A stretch of 64,000 nucleotides of DNA from Enoplolaimus lenunculus (taxonomy: Eukaryota): contig JASANG010000295.1 of the NCBI GenBank assembly GCA_030248215.1, positions 496,001-560,000 of the forward strand, in the 5' to 3' direction. The position numbers were made by a program, and so were the translations under genes. A model generated the notes under the pieces. That model did not search any database. It had not been told where the DNA came from and worked only from the letters and a program-made list of their open reading frames with translations. Below are positions 51,650 through 64,000 of the stretch, in pieces; within the stretch, counting starts at the first letter, position 1, and every line of letters starts with the position of its first letter.

Positions 51650-51944
51650 CCCCATTCACATGTGCACGTTTTTGCAGTGAGAACTTGCCGCTGCGACTTG
51701 CACGAAATACTTGCAGCTGCAAGTGTTTTCACAGGAACATTCCAACTGACCAATCAAACTGCAGGTGCAACAAATTCAAACGACTTGGAACTGCGTTCAC
51801 AGGTGCGAATTAAATTAAATAACATGAATTCCAGTCAATAATTTGCAGCTGCAAGAACTTCAAAGCAGTTCTGTGTCCAAACTTGCACATGCAAGTTCGA
51901 AGCGCAAGTTTTCACTGCAAAAACTTGCACTTGTGAATAGGGCT
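51650..51944. mobile_element. Palindromic MITE, possibly PIF/Harbinger-like
   Basis: cccattcacatgtgcacgtttttgcagtgagaacttgc versus gcaagttttcactgcaaaaacttgcacttgtgaataggg. Confidence 0.6.
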
Positions 51945-54900
51945 TTAAGCATTGTTTTGGAAAGCTTTAAACCGAGATACACAAAATGACCGTCCTATTA
52001 AATCATTGTTTCAACAATAATTTAATAAAAACCAATTTTGTTGTAATGTGACATTTTAACTCCGTTACCGTTACCCAAACACCTGTTTGAAAAAGCTAGT
52101 AGAATTTCTACTTGCTCAACTCAAACAAATATATCTTTGCGAAATTTCCCATGTCTGAACAAAAACCATCCCCTGCCTTCTCTATTTTCAACCCGTTCAT
52201 GGTTTTACAAAGATGTTGAGATGTAAGATTTGAGTTGAATAGAAGTAAATGATTGATAACAATAAATTAATATTACATAAAGCTTTCAAACAAGCAGTAT
52301 ATTTTTACTTGAAAGCCTATTGCTAGGCATTGAGAGTTGGAAGTTTAGCAATCTAAATTAGTGTTAAAAACAATGAAAAACATTAACTTTCGCGGATTTT
52401 TGTAAAACGATCAACTAAACGACTAGATGTTAAAATGTGAACCTTTACACACAGTTGAAGAGTTGACTACGCTGTAATAGAACAATAATATTTTTGATTC
52501 AAAAGTATTGCAGTGACGGTGTCCCAGGCCACAGTTTCCGCCTTCCAAATTGTCCCGCACCAGAAAAATTGGCCTGTGATGCCAGGTGCTGTTCCTAAAG
52601 TTATAAACACATGAAATTTCAAAGTTGAAATCTGAAATACACTTGTTTTTCAATCCAACAGGCGTGCACACCGCTAGATATGCAGCTTTGATACTCTGTT
52701 CAGTATTTGTATTCATTAGCATAAATAAGCACAGAACACAAACACAAATTTTCTGGTCAAGGAAAAGCAAACTCACCAGTTTAAAACAGCTTGAAATTAT
52801 TTTATCGGTAGCTGAACTGAAATAGTGAAATCTACAACTGCCTACATTGCTATAATTTCTTTAAATCAAATTTATTAAGCTCAATAATTCGGCTACTTAT
52901 AGTAGAAATAAAACTGTCCAGCTGCACTCAGAGTGGGCCCAAATTGATAGTTTGATCCTATACCATTAACACACCTGTTATTATTGCCAAAATCGCCTTA
53001 AAACTGACTTAGTTTAAATAAAGGTATAAAATATATAATTGAATTGAAAAAACTTGGCATTAAATTTCTACTGTTAACCCGAAATATAGCAAGCAAAAAA
53101 CTCATTAATATTACACACGGGATTAAAAGATAGTCTTAATTCCACCAAAATGACACAGTGTCTTGGTTTTTAGAATGACTCGTCTCTAAATAAAATTCAA
53201 TATCAGCGAAACTAAAATTTTCTCATTCGCCTAAATCTAAATATTGCGTCATATCATCCATCATAGCGTATCATGGGCTGTCTTTCAATCAATATAATGC
53301 CGGTGCACATACGTAATTTGGGCATGATTTCGGCTATTTTTTCTGTATGACGAAATGCAACCAGTTTGTCATAGTTTGGTGGCAAAAATTATTTATTTGT
53401 CGGAACACAACCCGAAACAGGCGGATGCTGGAAAATTCAACACAGCATTATATATTTTCAGAGAATTTGATGTTGTTATCAATAAATGACAAACGCCTAA
53501 TTTTTCTAGCGGGTACCTTTAATGTTAACTATCTTGCCTGGTCCGCAAACACCGGCTTCAGATGGCCAACAGTTTAGTATGCATTTGTAGCAAACCATCA
53601 TCGAACAACTTTAGAAAACAATCGTTTGCTGAGAGATTTCTAGAGATAATTCTATGTTAGGACAACTTTTGTCGCCCCTAACTATGGCTGGCCTTGCGGT
53701 TCCTAGTATCATTTCCCGGTTACGTTGCTGTAGGTTACAAAACCGGACGCAACCGCATTTAAATCCACACATACAAGCAAGTAATTGGCACAGGGAACAT
53801 AAGCCATTTCCATAGTTTTTTTACTTCATTTTTAGGAAGCCTAACAGTACTTCACAGTTATCGGCATACGGCGTGCACTGATATTTCATAAACTTGGCTT
53901 GATTGAATTCTAAGAAAAATTTTAACAAAACTTCCTGCCAAAGTCTAGAATGATGCTTTCATATAAGCGCGAGTCTCACGCAAGTATGCAGAAGAGTATC
54001 AGGTAGTTGGCAGCGTCTGTGAAATTAATAGCGTGAAAACGAACAAAAGCAAGTCAATTTAATTTGCTGTAAATATTTGAACATGGAATGAGGCCGGGTA
54101 AGCAGTGACTGAGTGACTAGTCGCCCTTCCCACATTCGGAGCGAACACTTGTACTAACGTAACATTTCTTCAAATATATTCAAACTATAGTTCTGACACA
54201 GTCTCACGTGGTGATATTTTTCAGGTTCCGTTATACATCTTTACCAACGGCCCATGTTAGTTTTTAGGGCCATCACGATTTCTGGTGGTTCTGTTAAAGA
54301 GTAGGCGTACATTCTAGACTACACTTTTTTGCTTACTGTTACGGCCGTTAAATTAACATTGGCCTTACCAACCAAAACTGATTATTGCGCTTTACGAACA
54401 TCATTGTATTAGATTTTGTCACAAAACTGAGTAAGTTTTAAAAATACTCATCAACATGGTTCCAAACACTGTGGGTCGCGCTATTTGACTACAAGTATGC
54501 TCAAAATCGCTTGAAGTATAATTTGCATTTCATTGATTTTATCAGACCTATCGGTCCCGTATAAATTTTTGGTGTCGAAATAAATTTAAAAATAATGACT
54601 GTCATCATTCTTATTTCCGTCGCCAGGTTTTTTATTCACCATATGTTTTGTGTTTGTCTCCAGCATTCGTTTCAGAAATATACGATTTTTACAAGGGTGC
54701 AAAGAGATTCCGATTTCGATAGCATTCCGATTCAAATCCAATTCTGATTCCGATGGCGTTTGCCGGTATAATTGCAATCTATTTAGACTTTTTTGCTGCC
54801 AAAATATATCTTTATATTGCAGTATCCTTTCTGTGATTTACTACTAAAATTGCGTTTGATGTTTCGCTCGCATGCATTACCCAGGTGTCCGTCGAAAATT

Positions 54901-55490
54901 TCATAGCTACCAGTGAATAGTTCCGTGCAGTACAGTAAATATGCTGAGCTAATGTTGGGATCAGCCTGGTACTACCTGCTTATACGAAGGTGTTGTACAA
55001 GTATATATTTTTAAACTAGCGAATACATCATCGTTCTATGCTGCCAAATATCTACTTCACCTACGCCACTAGTTGTCGACCTTCTGCTCAGGCTCCGATA
55101 CATGTCCCATTCAAATGCACCTTGCTATTCACTATAGAGTTTAATACACAATATGCATCCTATCCTAGTAAAACTTAAAAGTACGCAGAAACTTAACGAG
55201 GCGTGGCAGCAGTTGTGGCCCACCAACGCTAGGGTTTCACTGTATACAGCATTCTTTGAACACCATATTTTAACTAATATATATTCAAAGTTCGCACCCT
55301 AATATATCGGTAAAGTAAACACCAACTGTGATAAGTACATGCACTGAAACGAGTTTTTGAGAAACTTTCTCTATACAGTTGCATACGGCTCGTTCAAGCG
55401 ACTAAAGGCGCAATGTTGTAAAAGAAACATAGGTTTTTGTAGACTCCCCCACATTTTAAAGTTAGGCGTAGGCTTAACCAAACGCTAAAG

Positions 55491-55684
55491 CCTACACTTT
55501 AAACATAAGTTTAGGCCCAGGCATTTAAAACAATTATAAATGTTGGATCGTTTTCCAGCGAAGTATTCCAGTTTCGAAAACCTGGAAGCCTACACCTTAA
55601 ACATAAGTTTAGGCCCAGGCATTTAAAACAATTATAAATGTTGGATCGTTTTCCAGCGAAGTATTCCAGTTTCGAAAACCTGGA
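55491..55684. repeat. Near-perfect 98-bp tandem duplication
   Basis: cctacac..aaacataagtttaggcccagg...cctgga starts at 55491 and at 55589. Confidence 0.9.
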
Positions 55685-58600
55685 GAACAGTCTATTTGCG
55701 ATTTTGAAAATTGGGGAATCAACATCTCTGGGCATTCGCTGAGTCGCAGCTGTGTGGGGGCATCAGCCAAGGGCCTTCATGTTCACAACCGGGGTTCAAT
55801 TTCTAAGTGGTGGGCTGCAGAATTTTCAATAAAGCGTCAGTTGCACTAGCCAGTGTTTAGTTACGCCTACAAATAAGCACAGAGTCAAAAACAGCCATAT
55901 CAGTAATAAACACAGATCAAATATATAAGACATATGATCAGAGGAGATGGTATGTTTGTTTAATTCATACTGAAGATGTTTTTTCGCAAAAATGTAAGGA
56001 ACGTAAAATTAACCGGGGCAGAAATCTTGAGTAAAGGCACTGAACCTGTGGGATCTTATGTGGGGGGTGGCATTTGATAAATGGCGGCATGTAGCGAACC
56101 CCCACCATATTGGACTAATTAGGGATACTCCCCTACACTGGTTGATGGTGTAATTTGCGGTTCTGTCTGGTCAAATTTCGCTCAAAATAATCATGACTTA
56201 GTGTAGCTTCATTCGAGTCAATGGCCGTAACTATACAGAAACGTGTCGTCTTCTCAGCATCAAATTGTTTTACAGCATTAAATGAATTCTGTTTATACGA
56301 ATATTTTCACCGCCACCTTATAAATCTAGTTACCACATCCGCTAACAATTTATACTTACGCTGGCCGTTCAAGCGTAAATATAATATTTTTCCCCAACTC
56401 GAACTCGTTACGAATCAATGCCTGGCCGACGAGTTAAACTTGAATGTTGTGCAGCTGCAAGGCTTTACCGCTACCACAAATTTTACTTCCATATCTATAA
56501 CTGTCAGGGGCGTAAAGCAGGTAGAAACGTACCCTGGGCACAGACAGGTTACCCCACCTGAAACTGGGTTTGCTATAGCCCTTAGCTGAATGAGGAGCTG
56601 AAACCAAACGGAGCCACCCATCTAAACCAAACGCTGTATTAGGGTTTCCGGAAAAATGTGACTAGCTACTCGCTCGTTTTGGTCTCGTCTTGTTTACTCG
56701 GCTTCACGGTCCAGAAATTCCTGGATGGGACACTGCTCACACAAAACTGCGGTGTACACGTCTCAAAATTTTTCTACAATTGCCGTCAAATACCTCTGGA
56801 AACGTGTCTCGATGAATAAATGTATACGTGCAAGCCATTGTACGGTAAGCATGTCACCGTCCTAATAAAGATGCAACCATTTCAATTAAAATTATTAAAA
56901 TGTAGAAAAACAATACTATTAATCGTTATCGAGTCTAAAGAACGTACCATCTGTCAGTAAAAGTATATATGACTGTGAATGAGTTAAAAAGCCATACTGT
57001 GTATCAGGGTGCAACCGGAATTCCGGTTGCGGTAGGGAAATCCAGTATTTTTCGCTATCTGTTTTCGGTAATAAATCCGGTATTTTTTACCTGAATTTTC
57101 CTGTATTTTCGGTATTGAAAATTTTTCTCATTCGAAAATTTAAAAAATTGGCATCTATTGTCTGAGCGGATTTTGCCAAACGCACGCTGTGTTTTTGGCC
57201 TCCATCTCCCCTTATTTAGGAGGTGAGTACAACTTGTGCGCACCTTAAAATTTTATGGTACTTATACTCGCTTCAAAAACACAACGTTTATATTTGAAAG
57301 CGGCAAAACTTCTTCGGTCGTATACATTCCATATGATATTGACCCCCCTATATAAGAAGGGGGTCGGTTAAAAACGCAACGTGTGCTGGAACGTTTAGTA
57401 CCACGCACAGCTCACATAGTTGCCTACTGTTGTTAAATATCATGCACTCTTGCTAAAACTCATTGTTAGCGATTCGCAGATAGCATTCTATGAACAAACA
57501 AGCCTTTGTTGTTTATATCAAATCGGTCGCCAGTAATCCTTATACATGCTTATGTCATTGGCTTGCTTTAGAATTAAAAAAGTGGCCAACGAATAAATCG
57601 AAAACATCTTCGCACGCGTCGCGTTCAATCACAAAAAGTTTCTTGAAAATAGAAAATAGCATCCTTTCAAAGTAGTATTCTTCAATGTTTCCTGAAAACG
57701 TGATACACAGCCGAATAGTCTGTTTTAAAAATTCATTAACTTTGTATCGTTCACAGAAAACTTCCTTGCTAACGTCCACTATAGCAGCAAAAACGGTACA
57801 CGTTTCCATAATGATGTAACAGTCAGCAATCGGTCTTCACCAGGGCTTATGTTCAGTGGCAGATCCAAAAAATTTCTGACAGCGATCACACTTGTATTGA
57901 AAAAATCTCGCGAGCGAAGCGATCCAAAAGACTATAGTATTTTAACAACTATAAATATTGAAACTCAATTTGATTTCTGATAACTGTTCGGTGCACATGG
58001 CCTGGGTTTGGACTCATCCCTATAAATCCGCCAGTGCGCGTATTCAAAAGATCATAAACAAACCGCCGGACACCGGAAAAAAGCTATACTGGAATCTGAA
58101 ATGCGTGAAATGTGACACCGAAAAATTATATATCTATATCATGTGCTTGGAAACGTACGGGTCCACTTTAAAAGTACCGCGACAACCGTTTAAAATATAC
58201 CGCACACCGACTCTCTTGGTGAATTGCCTTTTATCGTTTGTCGTGCTGTCATGGTCAAAGTGATGTTTATTATGATATTGTATAATATATAATAATAGTC
58301 ATAGCGGTTGCAATCAGAGGTGTACGTGGGTAGATTTTTTACTTGGTACCAGCGGATGTACCCACGCCAAATTTTGCCTGACTCATGAGCATGTGACAAT
58401 AAACAAAAATTTGAATTTTAAGAAATTTTCTGCTCGACTGTCAAAAGTTGCTTTTTAACTGTTTTCCAAAAAAATCTCAACAATTTAAACGTCAAAAATT
58501 GCTCGAAAGCAACAAAGGCATCCTATTATAAAAGTAAAACAACGTAACACCGGGCTAATACACGTCTTTCAGGGCAACTAACCGTATTAGCTTAATAAAC

Positions 58601-60695
58601 CAAACAGCAATTTAAAGATTTGTCCGAATACAAAAAAGCAGAAGTTTCTATGCCAGAGTGCAAACCTATTCAGTGATATATCCTTTACTGTCCTGAAAAA
58701 ACTGATATGACGCGTAGAATAAAAAGCAACGACTTCAGAGCGTCAAATATCGTCAGCTGGACAATGGGTACGACTGTACATATTGCATTTTAGTTACGAA
58801 AAACTACCGAACCTAAAACTCAAATATGGCTTAATATTTTTGTTTATTCCGGCATTTGATTCACAGTTTGAACGCTGTTAAAGTTTCAGTGCTATTTATT
58901 TTACCTATAATAGCATTATTTTGATATATAATCACTATATAAATAAATGACATACGCGTATAGAATCATTCTGTGGCCATTGCATACCGATACCAGGGTT
59001 GGTATCATCGGGCCCATGGAGCCAATTCAACATGCTAGAGGCCGGCAAAAAACGTTTCAGGAGGTGTTCATACAAGGATTTTAAATGGCTCACAAATGTG
59101 GGCTACAACTTTGTGGGAAGGACAAAATTTTGCTGTGGACGCTAAAACGCCCTTTGACCCCAACTGGTTTATACGGGGGTTAAACACCTTTATCAAATAT
59201 ACACTGTGAGAGGTGACTAAAGGCCTACGGCCAAAATATGTCAACCGAAAATCAGGGTCACATCTATGATTAGCAACAGCTGCGTGGGTGTCCAGCACTC
59301 CCTGCTAAAGTCATCGTCGCCCAAACCAAACGTTCTTTTGAGGTTTAAAATATTTTATGCCTCGCAAAATTATTTCCTTTTGCACCTCAAAAAGTATTTT
59401 GAGAGATCGGAACAAATAAATCGGTAATAACCCATTAACCAGCTATTTCATAGTGCAGCGGTGTTGTTTCGAATGTTTCGGTTATACTAAAATACCGTCC
59501 CCCTTGATATAAACCATATCTGCTTTTTTAATAACAATCGCCCGCAATATGAAAAATATTCACTGCACTCTGGCGCTAGATTTTTAACTTTTTTAACCTG
59601 GTACCGCCCGTCGTCGTCCAGTACTGTCAACGCTACTGTGGATGAGCACCGGATATCCGGGTATCTGGACATGAAAAATATCCGGATATGTTTCCGAAAT
59701 AAAATTATATCCGGATATACAGATGTGTATCTGAACAGATGTATTTAGATATCCGCAGAATATCCGAAATGCATTTTTTTCACGAAAGGTTTTACAATAA
59801 TGTCACAATTTTAATCCGATAAGGCACCTTAAAGTTGTAACATCAAACGACACCCAAACTACCCTGAAGATATTTTTGAGGGCTAATCTAACTCAGCATC
59901 TATCGTACCTATAATTTGTAAGTATTTTTGAAAACGTATTAATGTTAAGTATAAGTTTCAACAAAGTGAAAACGTTTCAATAGGTATAGCTCGCTATTTT
60001 GCATCCACTGATGTATTAATATTTTCCAAACGCTGAAGACAATTTCGTAAGCTTACTTAAAGCTCCATCAGACCGTTGAAAAATGAAATTTTCAGATGTA
60101 CGATTTTGAGAGTTATATAAGCAGTGGAAATCATAACAAGCCAAAATATACATTACGTTTCGTAAACAAATCATTTTGTCAATGCATTAGCTAAAAAGCA
60201 ATGAAAATGAGTTTAAAGCGGAGAGCGCATAACACGACTTTAATAAACACGTTCAACTGATTTTTTCAATTACTAATTGGCTATTCAGCTCGTTTTGAAG
60301 ACGTTCTTAAAGACCTGGTTCATTTCATTTTCAATATAATAGCATGCGAGCGGTTCGCGCAGGTTAGCGTTGTAGTTCAAATTAGTTTAGTAATTTATTT
60401 GGACAATTTCTTCTATCGGAATTTGACTTATTTGCTGCAAGCTGGATATGAAATATATCCGATGTCCATCAATAAACGCTACCCTAACTGTATTTACCTG
60501 AAGTTCGCCGTGAAGCGTATAATGCTTTTGTATCTGCACACAAGAGCTAACTACGATTTCAAAAATTCAAATTTAACAAACCATTGGATTAATGGAATAC
60601 ACACGAATTTACAGATTTATGGTTTTTATGTATGGCTTGCAAGTGTTTTTAGTAAAAAGTAAATAACAATTAGAACTGTTGCGTTAATAACTTAC

Positions 60696-60754
60696 CTTGT
60701 TGTCAGCGCAGTATGCGTTACAACAGTGGTACGAAATAAACTACTTGACAGCAT
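60696..60754 (-). CDS. Candidate upstream first coding exon of the K2P gene (MLSSSLFRTTVVTHTALTTR)
   Basis: aaccATG start, ideal AG|gtaagt donor in phase 2; joins the single base ahead of the ATG in exon 46106 in frame (AG|A ATG). Confidence 0.35.
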
Positions 60755-62613
60755 GGTTAACTTTAAAATTTAATTAGAATATGTAATAAACTAAAACTTT
60801 TTTATAATAATAAGGTATCTAGAAAACGTAGCGTTGTTTGGTTTTTCCAATCCGTGTTTGCACTAAAATGGTCGTACGGTATTTACATTCTTTACCCAGT
60901 ATTTTGTAACACCAAAGTGACATAGCTAATAATATTTTACTTTTTTAACCCGAAACGAAAATAACCGCGATTTTTACTGACAGTTTGGAACAGGATACAA
61001 TTACAGTTTTAACAAAATGGTTAGTTTCATTATATAATAACTGAAACGGCATTCTCATGTTAACACTACTCAGAACTATATGAAAAATGTTACGACGTTT
61101 CTAATAAAATTCTTTTTAAAGAAAAATTTACATAGCTAGTAGAATTTTACCTTTTAACTCAACGCACACATCACATTCAACAAAAATGATGATAAAAGCG
61201 TCCAGTTTTATCGCTAAAAAACTCCAACCGCAACGTTTTACTGTTGCGGACGGGTTTTAATCATTTTTATCTCGTTTTTAAAAGCCTGGGCGCGTCGGAA
61301 CAACACAAACTAGGTGATTTAAGCTAATCAGGTTTGTCACCGCTGCAGCCTTAATGACAGAGATAATTTTGTCGTCAAAATTGCATGCACATGAGGTGCC
61401 TATGGTTGTTAAACCTTGAAGCGCTCGCCAGACAAAAATAATTGAGTTCGAAGCCAAAAAGTTAGCCAAAACCCTCTATAATGTCTGTGATTTGCTAACG
61501 GTAATTGGTGGAACTACAATTTTAATATTTAATCTTAGTAAAAATATGGTTTTGAGCCCGATTCCTAGAACGTGTTGGAACCCATTGGATCCACTAGTGC
61601 AACAGGTTGCAAGGCAAAAGGCAAAAACGCTAATCGTCAGTAGTATCTTTTAAAGTAATGGTTATAAGGTGCTTGACGCTGGTATTTAGAAATTTTGAGA
61701 ATTGTACAATTCCATTTTAGGTGGTCGTATAGAAATGGTATAGATTCACAGTCAAAGAAATACGAACTTAACCTCGACGGCAGGTCAAAAAGTAGTATAA
61801 AATTTTAATACGAAATTTAGATTTTGTTTTCGTTCAGTCAAGCGGCATTCAGTTCTTGTTACCGCACCACCTCAAGACTACAGTATGTGATATCGGATGT
61901 AAGTGTTACTGAACATAATAACGAACGTTGTTCAGTATTAAAACATTCATGGATATTCCCTAAGGTATTAATCAAAATAAGCGGTTGTCGATTTTGAGCT
62001 GTCGCCAGTTAGTAGTATACTAGAAAAAAATTGCTCAGCACTTGAGCAACATGGGATATGCTTCATATTCCCATTAAAAAGATAGTAACTAGACCAGCAC
62101 ATTCGGTTTATGGAACCTGGGAAAATATTAACGAACAATGGCGTCCAAAATCTTATTAGCTATTAATTCTTGTGAAACATATTGCTGACAGGAAACTTAT
62201 TTTTACGTTGAAAGTTTTGGCAGGTTTGATTCGAAATTTTCAGAAGTTTTTTAGATACTAGCAGGTTGAAAAGACATGATTGAAGTATAGCGATCTTCGC
62301 TGCGGCCAGATATAATCGATGCTGCCAAAATGCGTTGTGATTTTTGAGCTTCTAGTCATGACTGTGCACTGAAACAAATATCTCGGCGCGGAAATATGCA
62401 GTTATAGAATTTTTCTACCTGTAAACTTGTGTGTTTTGTCACTAAGATTAAAAATCGAGTAAAGACAAAGTTCACATCAGTTGCACCGTTTTAAAGCATC
62501 AATTGCGTTTCGTTTTGTGACAACGCCTTGTTCAAGACAGTACCTTACAAAATTGATCATCAGAACTCAAACTCAACAATTACGTTTCCATACAATGCTC
62601 TCATAAAATTCAG

Positions 62614-62948
62614 TATTGTAGTAACCCGAATAATAGGGAGTAGTAAGAGGGGTCCTTATTTTGAGCCCTAATCAATCGGAGTCCGTATTTCAAATAAATG
62701 TCCGTAAGCGAATATGGTCCCTGAACCCTAATTAGATCCCATAAAAGTCAATTATTCTTAATTAGTGCATACATTGACTCCAGGACCAAATAAAAATGAG
62801 TGACAAACTTTAAAGCATATTTAAGTTTGTAAGGATCGCTCACGGTTTTGATACAAAACAAATAAACGCTTAATTCAACGGATAGTTGCAATACCGAATA
62901 TATATCAATAACGAAGAGGGACGGAGGGCGGGCTAAAAAATAACAGTA
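62614..62948 (+). mobile_element. Truncated Tc1/mariner-type MITE copy
   Basis: Left TIR and interior match the 39063 copy; right TIR is missing. Confidence 0.7.
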
Positions 62949-62951
62949 CAG

Positions 62952-63104
62952 TTGGAGTGAAACCAACCGCTGGGATGAAAACAAGCGTTGGGGTGAAACC
63001 AACCGTTGGGGTGAAATCAACCGTTCGGGTGAAACCAACCGTTGGAATGAAACCAACCGTTGGTGCGAATCCATCTGTTGAGGTGACACCAACCGTTGGG
63101 GTGA
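62952..63104. repeat. 18-bp minisatellite (ttggggtgaaaccaaccg)
   Basis: About 8 degenerate units; explains the SPQRLV repeats in ORF 62748-63224. Confidence 0.85.
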
Positions 63105-64000
63105 AGAAAAATTTCGTGCTGTTTCTGTAAAGAGTTTTTGACTGTAACTACTGAAGGCCACAATCGTTTGGCAAATCCTTTGGCACAGATACTTCTTCAT
63201 GCAGATTTTATTTTCATTGAGCAATCACGTTTTGTGTTACGAATTGATTGTAAGCAAAGTAACGCTGGACCGTTGCCCAAAATACGTACGTGAGGCGTTC
63301 CAGCTTTAATATATAGATAATAGTAATTATGATGATAAACAGAGTCTTTTCCGTTATCCCCAGCCCGCGTTTGCGCAAAAATGGATCGATTTTAAAATTT
63401 TTTGTATGTTTGAGCTTTTCACGACCTCTTCTGAACATTCCACGCCTAAATCTAAATTTTTAAAAAAGTATTTTTAAGGTTCCAACATCCCCCAATTGGG
63501 ACCCAAAATTTCTTTGTCAGAAGTTTGACAAATTATATATCATTCGATGTAGCTTGCAATACGCGCTGAGTTGAATGGTGTTAAATTTTCCGTTTATTAT
63601 TGGTTATCGAATTATGGCCAAATAACAGATTTGACGCCGTTCCAAATTGTTGGCAGCGCGCCAAATCAGTTATTTGACAATAACTCGTTAACCAATCGTC
63701 CGATTGCGAAAAATTTAACACCAAAACTCAGCTCCACAAGCTGCACGACCCTGCAAATATGCGATGATGATGCCGATGATGATGATGATAACAGTATTAA
63801 CAATAATAATGCACATTAATAACAGTTACAATAACAAAACAATTATATTAGTAGTAAAACAAAACACTGTCTCTAACAAAAGAATAAACGCAAAAATTAA
63901 ACTTGGGCTTAAGGTGGATTTCGGTTGTGGCGAAACTTTAACAACCTCGCTGAACAATCAATGCCGCACACGCTTACAGGCTTATCGTGGGCTAAAAACG

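Noticed and set aside
62748..63224. 158-aa ORF with SPQRLV repeats
   Set aside because: Runs through an 18-bp minisatellite and a MITE, and has a non-ATG start.

Overview
AT-rich eukaryotic genomic DNA, most likely nematode (TTTTCAG splice acceptors, TWK-type K2P channel, degenerate TTAGGC repeats, ttttcccgccaaaa minisatellites). Most of the window is one minus-strand, multi-exon two-pore-domain potassium channel (TWK/K2P) gene, reconstructed by hand from about 46106 (possibly 60754) down to about 7710, with consistent splice phases at every junction. Three features stand out. (1) There are two different exons, each encoding M1 + cap + pore helix 1 (35525-34784 and 19230-18606), and both end in phase 1 inside the first selectivity filter ahead of a single shared GYG exon. 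(2) A 15 x 78-bp tandem array duplicates the 3' splice site together with the second selectivity filter (LTTVGFGD), giving 15 in-frame acceptors. (3) The C-terminal tail is built from eight small exons of 22-73 nt. Introns are filled with non-autonomous DNA transposons (MITEs), tRNA-like remnants and mini/microsatellites. An unrelated gene and some unexplained ORFs occupy the first 3.2 kb. Gene models come from sequence reading only, with no transcript data or database searches.
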